From positions 64,001 through 128,000 of the forward strand of contig OZ244717.1 in assembly GCA_965218975.1 (NCBI GenBank): 64,000 nucleotides of DNA, given 5' to 3'. The notes under the pieces were generated by a model. The model did not search any database. It was not told the origin of the DNA and saw only the letters and a program-made list of their open reading frames with translations. The position numbers were made by a program, and so were the translations under genes. This document shows, in pieces, positions 21,249-32,188 of the stretch. The DNA is from Candidatus Oxydemutatoraceae bacterium (GTDB taxonomy: Bacteria > Pseudomonadota > Gammaproteobacteria > Poriferisulfidales > Oxydemutatoraceae). Numbering within the stretch: the first letter of the stretch is position 1; the number at the start of each line of letters is the position of its first letter.

Positions 21249-22261
21249 GGAGGTTTACTGTCAAATAATGGCTTCTGACTTTCCGATTCCCCATTATTTT
21301 TGCCCTTGATATTCAGTTGCTTACTAAGGGTATTGCGCTCCCAAAAAACACCGCCGGAATAACCCTGAATAGTTTTGTCCGCTTCCGCCATTTCAAGTCG
21401 CTTTTCTGCAAGACAGCCGTAAAACTCATCTATTTCAATTCCTACATAGTTTCTACCCAGTTTTTTGGCAACAACCGATGTAGTGCCCGAACCGAGAAAT
21501 GGGTCAAAAACTATATGCTCGGGCTTTGAGCTTGCGAGGAGAATTTTTGCGACAAGCTTTTCCGGCTTTTGTGTCGGGTGATCCGTGTTCTCCGACATAG
21601 ACCAAAATGGGATGGTCATATCAGTCCAAATGTTCGAAGGATGGGTTAAACGATATTTGCCGTTCTCATCCTCGCTCCAATCTTTCTCTCTGCCGAAACC
21701 ATCACGATAAGGAGCAATAACCTTTCTTTTCATTTTCACCGCGTCAACATCAAAATGATAATCTCTTGACATGGTGCAAAACCAAATATCCTCGGAGCTA
21801 TTTTTCCAGTTTGTTTTTGCGCCCCGCCCTTTTTCTCTTTCAAATGTAATACGGTTTTGAATCGCAAAATACTTTCGCGCGACATTGAAAATTGCGCCGG
21901 ATGATTTCCAATCGCCACAGATGTAGATTGATGCGGTTGGCTTCAAAAGCCGAACCATTTTGCTTACCCAAGAATCAAACCACTTTGCGTATTTCTCCGA
22001 TTCCATTGCCTTGAAAGTAGTGAGATTGAAAGTTTTGTTGAGATTGTATGGCGGGTCGATGAAAACAAGATCAATAAACTGGTCCGGCAGATGATCAAGT
22101 GTATCGAAAATATCTTGTTGTATTGTCGTATTCAAGATTTCATCAACAGAAATCGGCTTATCGATTTTGATAAGTCGTTTTTTGTATCTCTCCTTCTCGC
22201 TATCGCTCAAGTCAATGGTGCGATTGCGTGGAGCGCGCTGTTTTGTCGTGTTATAACTCAT
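21245..22261 (-). CDS. site-specific DNA methyltransferase (N4/N6, beta-class motif order)
   Basis: DPPY precedes HPTQKP and DPFLGSGTT. Confidence 0.92.
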   Translation of the reverse strand: MSYNTTKQRAPRNRTIDLSDSEKERYKKRLIKIDKPISVDEILNTTIQQDIFDTLDHLPDQFIDLVFIDPPYNLNKTFNLTTFKAMESEKYAKWFDSWVSKMVRLLKPTASIYICGDWKSSGAIFNVARKYFAIQNRITFEREKGRGAKTNWKNSSEDIWFCTMSRDYHFDVDAVKMKRKVIAPYRDGFGREKDWSEDENGKYRLTHPSNIWTDMTIPFWSMSENTDHPTQKPEKLVAKILLASSKPEHIVFDPFLGSGTTSVVAKKLGRNYVGIEIDEFYGCLAEKRLEMAEADKTIQGYSGGVFWERNTLSKQLNIKGKNNGESESQKPLFDSKPP

Positions 22262-22263
22262 GT

Positions 22264-22335
22264 TTAATAAATCAAATCATCAACTCCCACATCAACAATA
22301 TTGGCAATTTTAGCAAGCGTCTCAATAGTCAGAGT
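22264..22335 (-). pseudogene. remnant of an XRE-type HTH (possible R-M controller) C-terminal half
   Basis: Translates TLTIETLAKIANIVDVGVDDLIY*, ending 2 bp before the MTase ATG. No N-terminal half found. Confidence 0.55.
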
Positions 22336-22432
22336 TCGGGCTGTGTCGCCCGCTGAAAAACCCCTCCCCTCCGACAAGTGTGGCTAGCAAGGCAACAAGC
22401 TACCCGGCGCTTTCCCCAAAAGCAAAATACGG

Positions 22433-22522
22433 CGGAGAGGGCGGGATTCGAACCCGCGTGCCGACTTACATCGACCATCTGATTTCGAGTCAGCGCCGTT
22501 ATGACCGCTTCGGTACCTCTCC
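22433..22522 (-). tRNA. tRNA-Ser(CGA)
   Basis: GGAGAGG acceptor stem, CT-CGA-AA anticodon loop, long variable arm, GGTTCGAATCC. Followed by CCG rather than CCA. Confidence 0.95.
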
Positions 22523-22687
22523 GTTAGTAAAGCACTGAGGGACACTGTCTGTCTATAGCATTCGCTTTACTCTCTTAAAAGCGCATTTCGACCTGACATC
22601 CGTGCCAAAGACGCTTCCATAGCATCTTTTCTCATCAACTAACAGTTCCGCAAATTGGCAACTCTTTGTCAGATTAAGCAACTTTGG

Positions 22688-23317
22688 CTAGCTTTGCGCA
22701 AGTAGCTCCTTTAATAACCCTTCAATTGCACTAGCGCGACGGCTCCCTTTGTGAATCTCTCCGACAAAAACACCGCGAATATTACCTCGCTTATCAATCA
22801 CATAGTACGCAGGCCAATACTTATTCCGCATGGCTCGCCAGTAGCTGAAATCATTGTCGATCATGATCGGATGATGCAACTCAAACTCCGCAGATTTCCG
22901 GCGAACGTTGTCGATATCACGCTCGTGATCAAACTCCGGCGAATGCACACCGATGATTTGGAAAGCGTCACCATCAAACCGCTGCTCAACGGAACGCAAC
23001 CATGGAAATGAACGATAGCAATTCCAACAATCAAAAGTCCAAAAATCTATCAGAACCACCTTGCCTCTCAACTCAGAAAGCTTCAACGGTTCAGAGTTTA
23101 ACCATTCGGTCGGTTGTCTATGAGTGAATTCAGGCGCTACAGTGGGTCGCGCCAATTTACCGAAAGGAGTTGCCGCCGCAGGAAGCGACAGTGCGGATAG
23201 AATATAAAACGCAATCAGGCCCCATGCCATAACCCGTACGTATTGCTTATATCCATAAACGGTTTTGTGTTGGTCAGTCACGAGTGAATACCTCCTATGA
23301 TACATCAGCGCTATCAT
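22688..23317 (-). CDS. TlpA/DipZ-like thioredoxin-fold redoxin
   Basis: WLNSEPL, LRGKVVLIDFWTFDCWNC, GVHSPEF, YWP. Confidence 0.85.
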   Translation of the reverse strand: MIALMYHRRYSLVTDQHKTVYGYKQYVRVMAWGLIAFYILSALSLPAAATPFGKLARPTVAPEFTHRQPTEWLNSEPLKLSELRGKVVLIDFWTFDCWNCYRSFPWLRSVEQRFDGDAFQIIGVHSPEFDHERDIDNVRRKSAEFELHHPIMIDNDFSYWRAMRNKYWPAYYVIDKRGNIRGVFVGEIHKGSRRASAIEGLLKELLAQS

Positions 23318-23345
23318 ACACTAGTACGTGCGGTTGCCTATTCAC

Positions 23346-23403
23346 TGTATAGGTCCATAACATTCACCACATCGGGTGATGCTTTAGCTATGCCACTGAT
23401 ACA
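23346..23403. mobile_element. ultra-short IS481-like end pair (58 bp)
   Basis: Starts TGTATAGGTCCATAACATT (same 19 bp as at 15265) and ends TGCCACTGATACA. Confidence 0.55.
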
Positions 23404-23779
23404 ACCGTCCGTCCGATTCTTTATTAGATGCCCGGCATAACTTATCTCCTGTACAGTGCCAGATACATGTGGGATTCACGGCACGACTCAAAAAGGTAAC
23501 CGATATGCAATATCAGCACATCGGCCACCGCATCAAAGGTTTCTATATGAGCCAATTTTGCTTCAAAAATAGAGGCTCATAAACACAACGGCTCAACAGA
23601 AATATGATGCCCTATTATTTTGGGAGGGTTGTAACTCCCGAACGCATTCAAGATCAATCGCAGTACTTTGTACCGCTGGCGCCGGCGTTATCGCCGCATT
23701 GGCCTCAGCGCCTTACATGATTGCGGCAAAGCGCCGCGTAAGAGGCGCCAGCGGATTGTCAGCAAAGTGCTTGTCGTCC

Positions 23780-23877
23780 ATGACGAGACTTGGTTCTGTC
23801 AATGAACGCCAGCCCCGACGTCCTTGTCGAGTCGTTCGCCGCTGAAAACCGATCGGTTTTCCGGGCGCGTCTCACCC
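23780..23877. repeat. 98-bp structured repeat, 1 unit
   Basis: ATGACGAGACTTGG...GCGTCTCACCC. Confidence 0.95.
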
Positions 23878-24290
23878 TGCCCGAGTGTCTGCACGATTGC
23901 GCGCCTGATCGCAGATGCGCCGGATAAAATGCGCTGTATTCCGCAGCGGCTGAATGCCAAAGGACAAACAAAACGACCGTTTAAGCGCCGTTGCAGGGCA
24001 CGCAAGCCGAAACACTTCAAAGCACAGTATCCGGGGCATTGCATCGCCCTGGATACGATTGTGCGTGATCAGCACGGAGTACGCCGCTACGTCTTAACGG
24101 CCATCAATGCCTATACCCGAATGGCAATAGCAGTGGCAACCAACCGCTGTAACAGCCACAACGCAGCCGCATTCCTGCGCCTGGCAGAATTTCGGCAGCA
24201 GTAAAGTCTTTGAGCTGATGAAACCATTTTGTGTTTGCTGCCGGATTGTCGGCGGATTGTGCCGGATTGTCAGCGCAGTGCCTGTCGTCC

Positions 24291-24486
24291 ATGACGAGAC
24301 TTGGTTCTGTCAATGAGCGCCAGCCCCGACATCCTTGTCGGGTCGTTCGCCGCTGAAAACCAATTGGTTTTCCGGGCGCGTCTCACCCATGACGAGACTT
24401 GGTTCTGTCAATGAGCGCCAGCCCCGACGTCCTTGTCGGGTCGTTCGCCGCTGAAAACCGATCGGTTTTCCGGGCGCGTCTCACCC
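24291..24486. repeat. 98-bp structured repeat, 2 tandem units
   Basis: Units at 24291 (AATT) and 24389 (GATC). Confidence 0.95.
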
Positions 24487-24740
24487 TGACGGACGGCGGG
24501 AGTGAGTTTCAAGGACAGTTTGCCCGGCTCATCCGGGAATCACCCGTGATTGAGCAGTGGCTGACCTATCCCAAGTGTCCAAAAATGAACGCGCACATCG
24601 AGTGCTTCAACCGCACCGTCCAAGAAGATTGTATCGATCATGCAAAAGACCTGCTATTCGCCGATACGGAAGCATTCAATGACCGGTTATGAAACCGTTT
24701 TGTGTTTGTTGGCGGATTTTCGGCACAGTGCCTGTCATCC

Positions 24741-24936
24741 ATGACGAGACTTGGTTCTGTCAATGAGCGCCAGCCCCGACGTCCTTGTCGGGTCGTTCAC
24801 CGCTGAAAACCAATTGGTTTTCCGGGCGCGTCTCACCCATGACGAGACTTGGTTCTGTCAATGAGCGCCAGCCCCGACGTCCTTGTCGGGTCGTTCGCCA
24901 CTGAAAACCGATCGGTTTTCCGGGCACGTCTCACCC
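24741..24936. repeat. 98-bp structured repeat, 2 tandem units
   Basis: Units at 24741 and 24839. Confidence 0.95.
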
Positions 24937-25198
24937 TACACCGTCCTCATGCCGGCAACGGACAGAAAGCACCGGTCCGAATGTTACTGCCGAACGCTTC
25001 CTCCGAAGCCCTTCAAAAATCCCATTTAGGGTGGCATCGTACAATCTCTTTACGCTAGTTCTCTATAAATCATAATACGGCTTGCGGAAAATAATCCTCT
25101 ACACTTTACTCTTACTCATACTCAGTCACGGCACAATAGACAAGTAATATGCAGACTTGGAGGGAAACCTGTTGTCCGAACTGTGCCCTTTGATGAAA

Positions 25199-26218
25199 TT
25201 ATTTCTTCAGATCGTTAGCACATTTCACTGACAAGCGCATGCTACACCTTTCTCCTTTTCCTATCTTTAGGTATAAGGCGCTGTAAAAGCGTAGCTTTTG
25301 AAAATACGATGACTTAAACTCAAGTATCGGTCCGCCGTGATATTTATGCTGTCGAAAAAAATATATCATCCCATATATTGATAATTTCATCAGAAACTTT
25401 ACGGGCAGGGTTAAAGTCTTAGACAAGAAACGTAAGGCTGGCCATATAGGCACGGGCTTCAGGGATTGGTCATTTGTCTGCTTGAATCCGATGTGCTTAC
25501 GGGAGTGTCGGCGCTTTGCTTCCGGGTCTCCATGATGTATACCTGATTTAAACATTGAAAGATCGCTGATTACTTTCCCGTGCTCCACCAATCTTTTTCC
25601 TCTCAATGAATAATAGGCAGACAGCGAATACGTAGTATTAAACAATCGGTTGTCAGTATTCACTATAATAGGGTAAGCAAGCCGAACCCATTCTTCCGCC
25701 AGGGAACGTCGAATGAGATAGGCTTGCACACCTGTCACGAGTCCGTGCGGTAAACCCACCGTGTAATCTTTATAAGGGCGCCAGGTTTTTCGGTACCACA
25801 TAATAACTTTAGCATCCGGCTTGGGTAATGAACGGGACAAATGTACAATTTTCCAATCGTCGGGTAACTTGTCGCGATGTTCAAGAAAGGGAACGATATC
25901 GGGTGAGATATATACATCATCTTCCAGCACCAGCGCTTCGGAGAGGCTGCGCTCGCAGATGATCCGTGCTGCTTTGACATGGCTCATATAGCAACCTATT
26001 TCACCCAAAGACATTCCGCGTCCCCAATACCGAAGGGTTATCTGTCTGTTATAGACACGATTTAATTCTTCCGTTGTTATTTCATTGCCGTCAATGGCAT
26101 CAACAAATTCGTATTGCAGACCGATATCGCCCAACATTTCTCTCATGTGAACGCGGCGCTCTTTGGAATGAGCCAAATTGATGACGAAAATTGCCGGTAA
26201 AGCACTTTTTGTTTGCAT
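25199..26218 (-). CDS. glycosyltransferase family 25
   Basis: IFVINL..S.ERR, DAIDG, GEIGCYMSH, VLEDD. Confidence 0.9.
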   Translation of the reverse strand: MQTKSALPAIFVINLAHSKERRVHMREMLGDIGLQYEFVDAIDGNEITTEELNRVYNRQITLRYWGRGMSLGEIGCYMSHVKAARIICERSLSEALVLEDDVYISPDIVPFLEHRDKLPDDWKIVHLSRSLPKPDAKVIMWYRKTWRPYKDYTVGLPHGLVTGVQAYLIRRSLAEEWVRLAYPIIVNTDNRLFNTTYSLSAYYSLRGKRLVEHGKVISDLSMFKSGIHHGDPEAKRRHSRKHIGFKQTNDQSLKPVPIWPALRFLSKTLTLPVKFLMKLSIYGMIYFFRQHKYHGGPILEFKSSYFQKLRFYSALYLKIGKGERCSMRLSVKCANDLKK

Positions 26219-26415
26219 AATGATTGAAGCCTAATCCTGCGTTGACAAAAATTTAGAGTGTACTTTATTTTATTAAAGGATTAAAATCCAAAAAGTGTTT
26301 TTAAGGTGCCGGATCAGTTTGCTATCATTAAAACTACTTTGCCATAGATAAACTTGATTGGACTTTCCCGGCTATTTTTATATAAACGAAAGGACTTCAG
26401 TATAATAATATTGCG

Positions 26416-27801
26416 ATGCTCAATAAAGTTTTTATATTCTCTGCCGCCGTCCTGATGCTTTCTGCCTGCATGACATTACCTGATGCTCCCGACGCATCGC
26501 TGCCTCCCCCCGACCGGCATGGTGTGACTGAGTTTACTCTTAGCAACGGTATGAAAATCATTGTGAAAGAAGATCATCGTTCGCCCGTTCTGGTCACGCA
26601 ATTTTGGTATAAAGTCGGCGCAAGCGACGAACCAAACGGCCTAACCGGAATCTCGCATGTGTTAGAGCACATGATGTTCAAAGGCACATCCAAATATCCC
26701 GCCGAAACGTTTACCGAAATCGTCAAACAAAAAGGCGGAAGATACAACGCTTTCACCGGTCCCGATTACACCGCCTATTATGAAGTGTTTGAAAAAAGCC
26801 ACTTAGCGCTCAGCTTTGATTTGGAATCCGATCGGATGGTCAATCTTATCTTGCGTGAGGAAGATTTTGCCAAAGAAATAGAGGTGGTTAAAGAAGAACG
26901 TCGTATGCGCACCGATGATGACCCGCGCGCAAGAGTATGGGAACAACTATATGCAACCGCTTTCAGAAATGCACCTTACGGAAATCCGGTCATCGGATGG
27001 ATGGATGATTTGGACCATCTGACACTGAAAGAGTTGCAAAAATGGTATCAAACTTGGTACTCGCCGAACAATGCTTTTGTCGTGGTCGCCGGTGATGTAA
27101 ACCCGGATGAAGTATATGCCCTCGCATTAAAATATTTGGCGCCGTTACAACCGCGAGCGTTGCCAAATCGGAAGCCTCGACGCGAAATACAACAAGCAGG
27201 CGAACGGCGTTTCACGCTGGAAGCTCCGGCAAAAAAACCCTTTCTTACGATCGCATATAAAGTCCCCAATATTAAAACTTCACCAACCGAATGGGAGCCC
27301 TACGCATTGGTTGTGTTGGCGGGTATATTATCAGGCAGCAGCAGCGCCCGATTTCAGAAAAACTTAATTCGCGGCCGAAAAATCGCTCTCGGGGTCGGCA
27401 CTAATTACGACCCTTATAGTCTGTACGATGATTTGTTTGTCATTACCGGCACACCTCTAGCGGATGTCAGTATCGCACAACTTGAACAAGCAATCGAAGA
27501 AGAGGTTAACCGAGTAAAAACTGAGGGTATTGAAGAAAAAGAATTGGATTTTATCAAAGCAAATTTAACTGCGAATGAGGTTTACAGTCAGGACTCAATT
27601 ACGCGACAAGCTTATAAACTTGGCCAATATGAAGCTATCGGCGTCGGTTGGCGGACTCTGTATGAAAAAACTGATCGTATCCGAAACATAACTCCGGATC
27701 AGGTGCAAGCTGTCGCACGTAAATATTTAAGCAAACAAGTGAAAACTGTGGGGCAATTAGCCCCCCAGCCTATCTCGCTCAATGATTCCGATATTCAATA
27801 A
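26416..27801 (+). CDS. M16 family zinc peptidase, catalytic subunit
   Basis: GISHVLEHMMFKGT (HxxEH), NAFT..DYT.Y, EERRMRTDD. Confidence 0.92.
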   Translation: MLNKVFIFSAAVLMLSACMTLPDAPDASLPPPDRHGVTEFTLSNGMKIIVKEDHRSPVLVTQFWYKVGASDEPNGLTGISHVLEHMMFKGTSKYPAETFTEIVKQKGGRYNAFTGPDYTAYYEVFEKSHLALSFDLESDRMVNLILREEDFAKEIEVVKEERRMRTDDDPRARVWEQLYATAFRNAPYGNPVIGWMDDLDHLTLKELQKWYQTWYSPNNAFVVVAGDVNPDEVYALALKYLAPLQPRALPNRKPRREIQQAGERRFTLEAPAKKPFLTIAYKVPNIKTSPTEWEPYALVVLAGILSGSSSARFQKNLIRGRKIALGVGTNYDPYSLYDDLFVITGTPLADVSIAQLEQAIEEEVNRVKTEGIEEKELDFIKANLTANEVYSQDSITRQAYKLGQYEAIGVGWRTLYEKTDRIRNITPDQVQAVARKYLSKQVKTVGQLAPQPISLNDSDIQ

Positions 27802-29116
27802 CGATGCGCGTCGGAAAATTATTGTTTTGAGCATGCTGTGTGCTATGTTCGGTAATGCCTATGCAGGTGTAAAAATTGAACATTGGAAAACGCAGAACAA
27901 TGTACCGATATATTTCGTGCCCCTACCGGAACTTCCGATGATTGACATTAAATTACAATTTAGAGCCGGCGCGAGCCACGACGACAAACTACCGGGCATT
28001 GCATCAATGACAACCGCCTTACTCCGAACCGGCGCCAAAGGAATGGACGTAGTTGCAATCAACGAAGCTTTTGACAGCATCGGCGCACGCTTCGCTACAG
28101 GTGCCGGCTATGACGGCATTAGCGTTTCTTTACGCAGCTTGACTGAAAAGCAATACTTAAATAAAGGCCTGCAAACATTTTTACATGTGTTGTCTCAACC
28201 GACATTCCCATTAGATGAGATAGAACTCAACAGAAAAAAAGCTTTATTAAATATCCGTGCCGTCAAAGAAAAACCCGGCAATGTCGCCAATCAACATTTT
28301 CGTGAAAATATATACTCCGGTCACGTTTACGAGCACGCTGTTATCGGGAAGGAAGAAAGTGTGAAACGCATCACCGCTGAAGACATTCGCCGCTACTACA
28401 ACACTTATTTCGTTACTGAGAATCTAGTTATCACCGCTGTCGGAGCGGTGTCAAGACAGGAATTTGAAACCATCGCCGAGCGGATTGCTAACTCTTTACC
28501 CAAAGGCAAAAAAGCCAAACCGGTTGAACCGGTGCCGCCCTTACAAGAAGCAAAAGAAGTTTATGTCCCTTTTCCCTCGCAGCAAGCGCATATTAAAATT
28601 GGCCAGCCTTTGATTGAAGCAGGTAACCCTGATTTTTTCGCCCTATACCTCGGCAACCATATCCTCGGTGGCAGCGGCTTTGGTTCGCGGTTATTAGAAG
28701 AAATTCGCGTAAAACGCGGTCTTGCATACAGCAGCAGTAGTTATTTCAATACCCGTGTCGCCGCCGGACCATTTACGATCGGTTTCCAAACGCAAATTAA
28801 TCAAACGCGGAAGGCGACTAAAGTTGCTTTCGAAACGCTTAATGAGTTTGTAGAGAAAGGTCCGACCGACAAGGAAATTAAATTGTCTATAGAAAGTATC
28901 AGAAATAATTTTGCATTAAGAATGACTAGCAATAGAAGTATTCATAATGCCATCGGTAAAATCGCGTTTCATGAACTCGGCATCGACTATTTCGATTACT
29001 ACTTGGAACAATTCAACCATTTGGATGCCGATAAAGTACTCGCCGCTTTGCAAAAACACCTTCATCCTGAAAAAATGGTCACTGTTATCGTCGGAGGAAA
29101 TAAACTACGGAATTAG
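27782..29116 (+). CDS. M16 family peptidase, non-catalytic partner
   Basis: Lacks HxxEH; has NHILGG.GFGSRL..EIR.KRGLAY. Confidence 0.9.
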   Translation: MIPIFNNDARRKIIVLSMLCAMFGNAYAGVKIEHWKTQNNVPIYFVPLPELPMIDIKLQFRAGASHDDKLPGIASMTTALLRTGAKGMDVVAINEAFDSIGARFATGAGYDGISVSLRSLTEKQYLNKGLQTFLHVLSQPTFPLDEIELNRKKALLNIRAVKEKPGNVANQHFRENIYSGHVYEHAVIGKEESVKRITAEDIRRYYNTYFVTENLVITAVGAVSRQEFETIAERIANSLPKGKKAKPVEPVPPLQEAKEVYVPFPSQQAHIKIGQPLIEAGNPDFFALYLGNHILGGSGFGSRLLEEIRVKRGLAYSSSSYFNTRVAAGPFTIGFQTQINQTRKATKVAFETLNEFVEKGPTDKEIKLSIESIRNNFALRMTSNRSIHNAIGKIAFHELGIDYFDYYLEQFNHLDADKVLAALQKHLHPEKMVTVIVGGNKLRN

Positions 29117-29123
29117 CCGGGGC

Positions 29124-29681
29124 ATGTATCGCAAATCGCAGCTGCGTATTATTGGTGGTGACTGGCGCAGTCGTAAGTTACAATTCCCGGATATACCGGA
29201 TATACGCCCATCGCCGCAGCGGGTTCGCGAAACGCTATTCAACTGGTTGACGCCTAAAATAGAAGGCGCTACTTGTTTGGATTTGTTTGCCGGTAGCGGT
29301 GCGCTAAGCTTTGAAGCGGTTTCCAGAGGTGCGACGAGCGCCATCTTGATTGAATGCAATATGGAAATATGCGCCCAAATAAAAATTGAAGCGCAGCGTT
29401 TCGGAACAAAAAAAATAAATGCCGTGTGCGCCCGAAGCGAACAGTATATTAAGCAAACAAAGCAAAGTTACGACATCATATTTGTTGACCCTCCGTTCTA
29501 TCGGAAACTAGTTGAAACGACTATCATGCAGCTATCTGCGAGTGATTGTGTTTTACCTAAAAAAACGTTGGTTTATGTTGAACATGAAGCGGAAAAATCA
29601 CTAGAGCTTCCGCCAAACTGGCAATGGTGGCGTCAATCACGCGCCGGCGAGGTCGGATATGGACTGTTAATAGTTGCCTGA
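29124..29681 (+). CDS. rsmD: 16S rRNA m2G966 methyltransferase
   Basis: LRIIGG.WRSRKL, RVRETLFNWL, LDLFAGSGAL, DPPF. Confidence 0.95.
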   Translation: MYRKSQLRIIGGDWRSRKLQFPDIPDIRPSPQRVRETLFNWLTPKIEGATCLDLFAGSGALSFEAVSRGATSAILIECNMEICAQIKIEAQRFGTKKINAVCARSEQYIKQTKQSYDIIFVDPPFYRKLVETTIMQLSASDCVLPKKTLVYVEHEAEKSLELPPNWQWWRQSRAGEVGYGLLIVA

Positions 29682-29756
29682 TAACATTTCATGTTAATCG
29701 TTAACTGGTAAATACTATAATATAAGGATGATTAACCAAACGTTATTGCATTGACT

Positions 29757-30507
<751 letters not shown>

Positions 30508-30523
30508 CCCTACGGCTAAAGCT

Positions 30524-32188
30524 ATGCGGCGAAAAATTCCGACACCTCTGCAGATTGTCTGCTTAATCGTTTGGCTAATCACCTCGTGTAGTGAAAAACC
30601 GGTAGGCTATGCCATTGCGACCGCGCATCCGCTCGCAACACAGGCGGGTTCTGAAATACTTGCACAGAACGGTAACGCTTTTGATGCGGCAGTCACCATC
30701 AGTGCGGTATTAGCGGTTGTCGAGCCCTATTCATCCGGTTTCGGCGGAGGTGGCTTCTGGCTATTGCACCGCCGACAAGATAATCGGCAAATCATGCTCG
30801 ACGGGCGCGAACGCGCACCAAGCGGCGCGAATCGCAACATGTATTTAGACAAACAAGGAAATTTAATCGAAACCAAATCTTTGCTCGGCCCTCTCGCGGC
30901 GGGTATTCCTGGATTGCCTGCCGCACTGGTTCACCTTTCTAAAAATTACGGTATTTTACCTTTATCGGTTACATTAAAGCCTGCTATCCGATATGCGCGC
31001 GAAGGTTTCCCTGCCGATATAAAGTTAGTGGAAATGATTGAAAAACGCAAGGGAATTCTATCTCCTATGGCGAAAAAAATATTTCTGCCGAATAATAAAG
31101 TCCCTGACCTAGGCGACACGATTTACCAAACCGACCTTGCCGATACTATTGAGCAAATTGTTATACATGGCTTTGACGGGTTTTACCGCAGCAATGTTGC
31201 GAACAAACTAGTAACGGAATCAAGGTCCGCAGGCGGTATTTGGACATTGGCGGACCTCGCTACTTATACAGTGGTTGAGAGAGACCCCATCCGTTTCTCT
31301 TTTCAGGGAGCCTCTATCACCAGCGCGACATTACCGTCGTCCGGTGGTATCGTCTTGGCTGAAATTCTGAACCTGCTGACACAGCTCGGTGTCCACTCGC
31401 CACAAAACTCGGAAGATATTCATTACATCATTGAAGCAATGCGGCTGGCTTACCGTGATCGCGCCAAATGGTTAGGCGACGCCGACTTTGTCGAGGTGCC
31501 GCAAAAAAAACTTATTAGCCCCGCATACGCCAAACAACTCGCTCAACAAATCAGCGCCCGACATGCCGGCAAAAGCAATCGGTTATTTAACACACAACGA
31601 AACGAAGGTCGTGACACGACACATTTCTCAATTATTGACCGACATGGCAATCGTGTCGCCGCAACACTTTCAATCAATTATCCGTTTGGGTCCGGATTTA
31701 TCGCCAAAGGCTCCGGAATACTATTCAATAATGAAATGGATGATTTCTCGGCCAAGCCCGGCACACCGAATATTTACGGTCTCATCGGGGGGAAAGCGAA
31801 TGAAATCGCACCAAACAAGCGAATGCTATCAAGCATGTCGCCAACGTTTGTGGATGACGGCAAACGTGTTGCCATCATCGGAACACCCGGTGGAAGCCGC
31901 ATTATCACAATGAACCTGCTAGGAATTCTGCGCTTCCTAAAAGGAGAAAATGCGGCATCTATTGTTGCGGCAAAACGTTTCCACCATCAATATTTACCTA
32001 ACTTGGTTGAATATGAAACCGGGGCACTCAGTCAGCAGACATTATCCGAGCTTGTCGCAAAAGGACATCGCTTAAAGCGCCGCCAAACGGATTATGGCAA
32101 TATGCAGGTTGTGATCTGGGATTATTCCGGCAATCAACTCAATGCCGCTTCCGACCCGCGCGGTATCGGAACAGTCAACATTAAATAA
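30524..32188 (+). CDS. ggt: gamma-glutamyltransferase
   Basis: GNAFDAAV, TTHFSIID nucleophile, NNEMDDF, KRMLSSMSPT, GTPGGSRI. Confidence 0.95.
   Translation: MRRKIPTPLQIVCLIVWLITSCSEKPVGYAIATAHPLATQAGSEILAQNGNAFDAAVTISAVLAVVEPYSSGFGGGGFWLLHRRQDNRQIMLDGRERAPSGANRNMYLDKQGNLIETKSLLGPLAAGIPGLPAALVHLSKNYGILPLSVTLKPAIRYAREGFPADIKLVEMIEKRKGILSPMAKKIFLPNNKVPDLGDTIYQTDLADTIEQIVIHGFDGFYRSNVANKLVTESRSAGGIWTLADLATYTVVERDPIRFSFQGASITSATLPSSGGIVLAEILNLLTQLGVHSPQNSEDIHYIIEAMRLAYRDRAKWLGDADFVEVPQKKLISPAYAKQLAQQISARHAGKSNRLFNTQRNEGRDTTHFSIIDRHGNRVAATLSINYPFGSGFIAKGSGILFNNEMDDFSAKPGTPNIYGLIGGKANEIAPNKRMLSSMSPTFVDDGKRVAIIGTPGGSRIITMNLLGILRFLKGENAASIVAAKRFHHQYLPNLVEYETGALSQQTLSELVAKGHRLKRRQTDYGNMQVVIWDYSGNQLNAASDPRGIGTVNIK

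Larger units (their letters stand above)
23450..25043 (+). mobile_element. IS481-family element copy B (defective, five 98-bp repeats)
   Basis: TGTACAGTGCCA...TGGCATCGTACA ends. Flanks ATCTCC/ATCTCT. Fragments include IALDTI, LTDGGSEF and NAHIE.FNRT. Confidence 0.9.
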
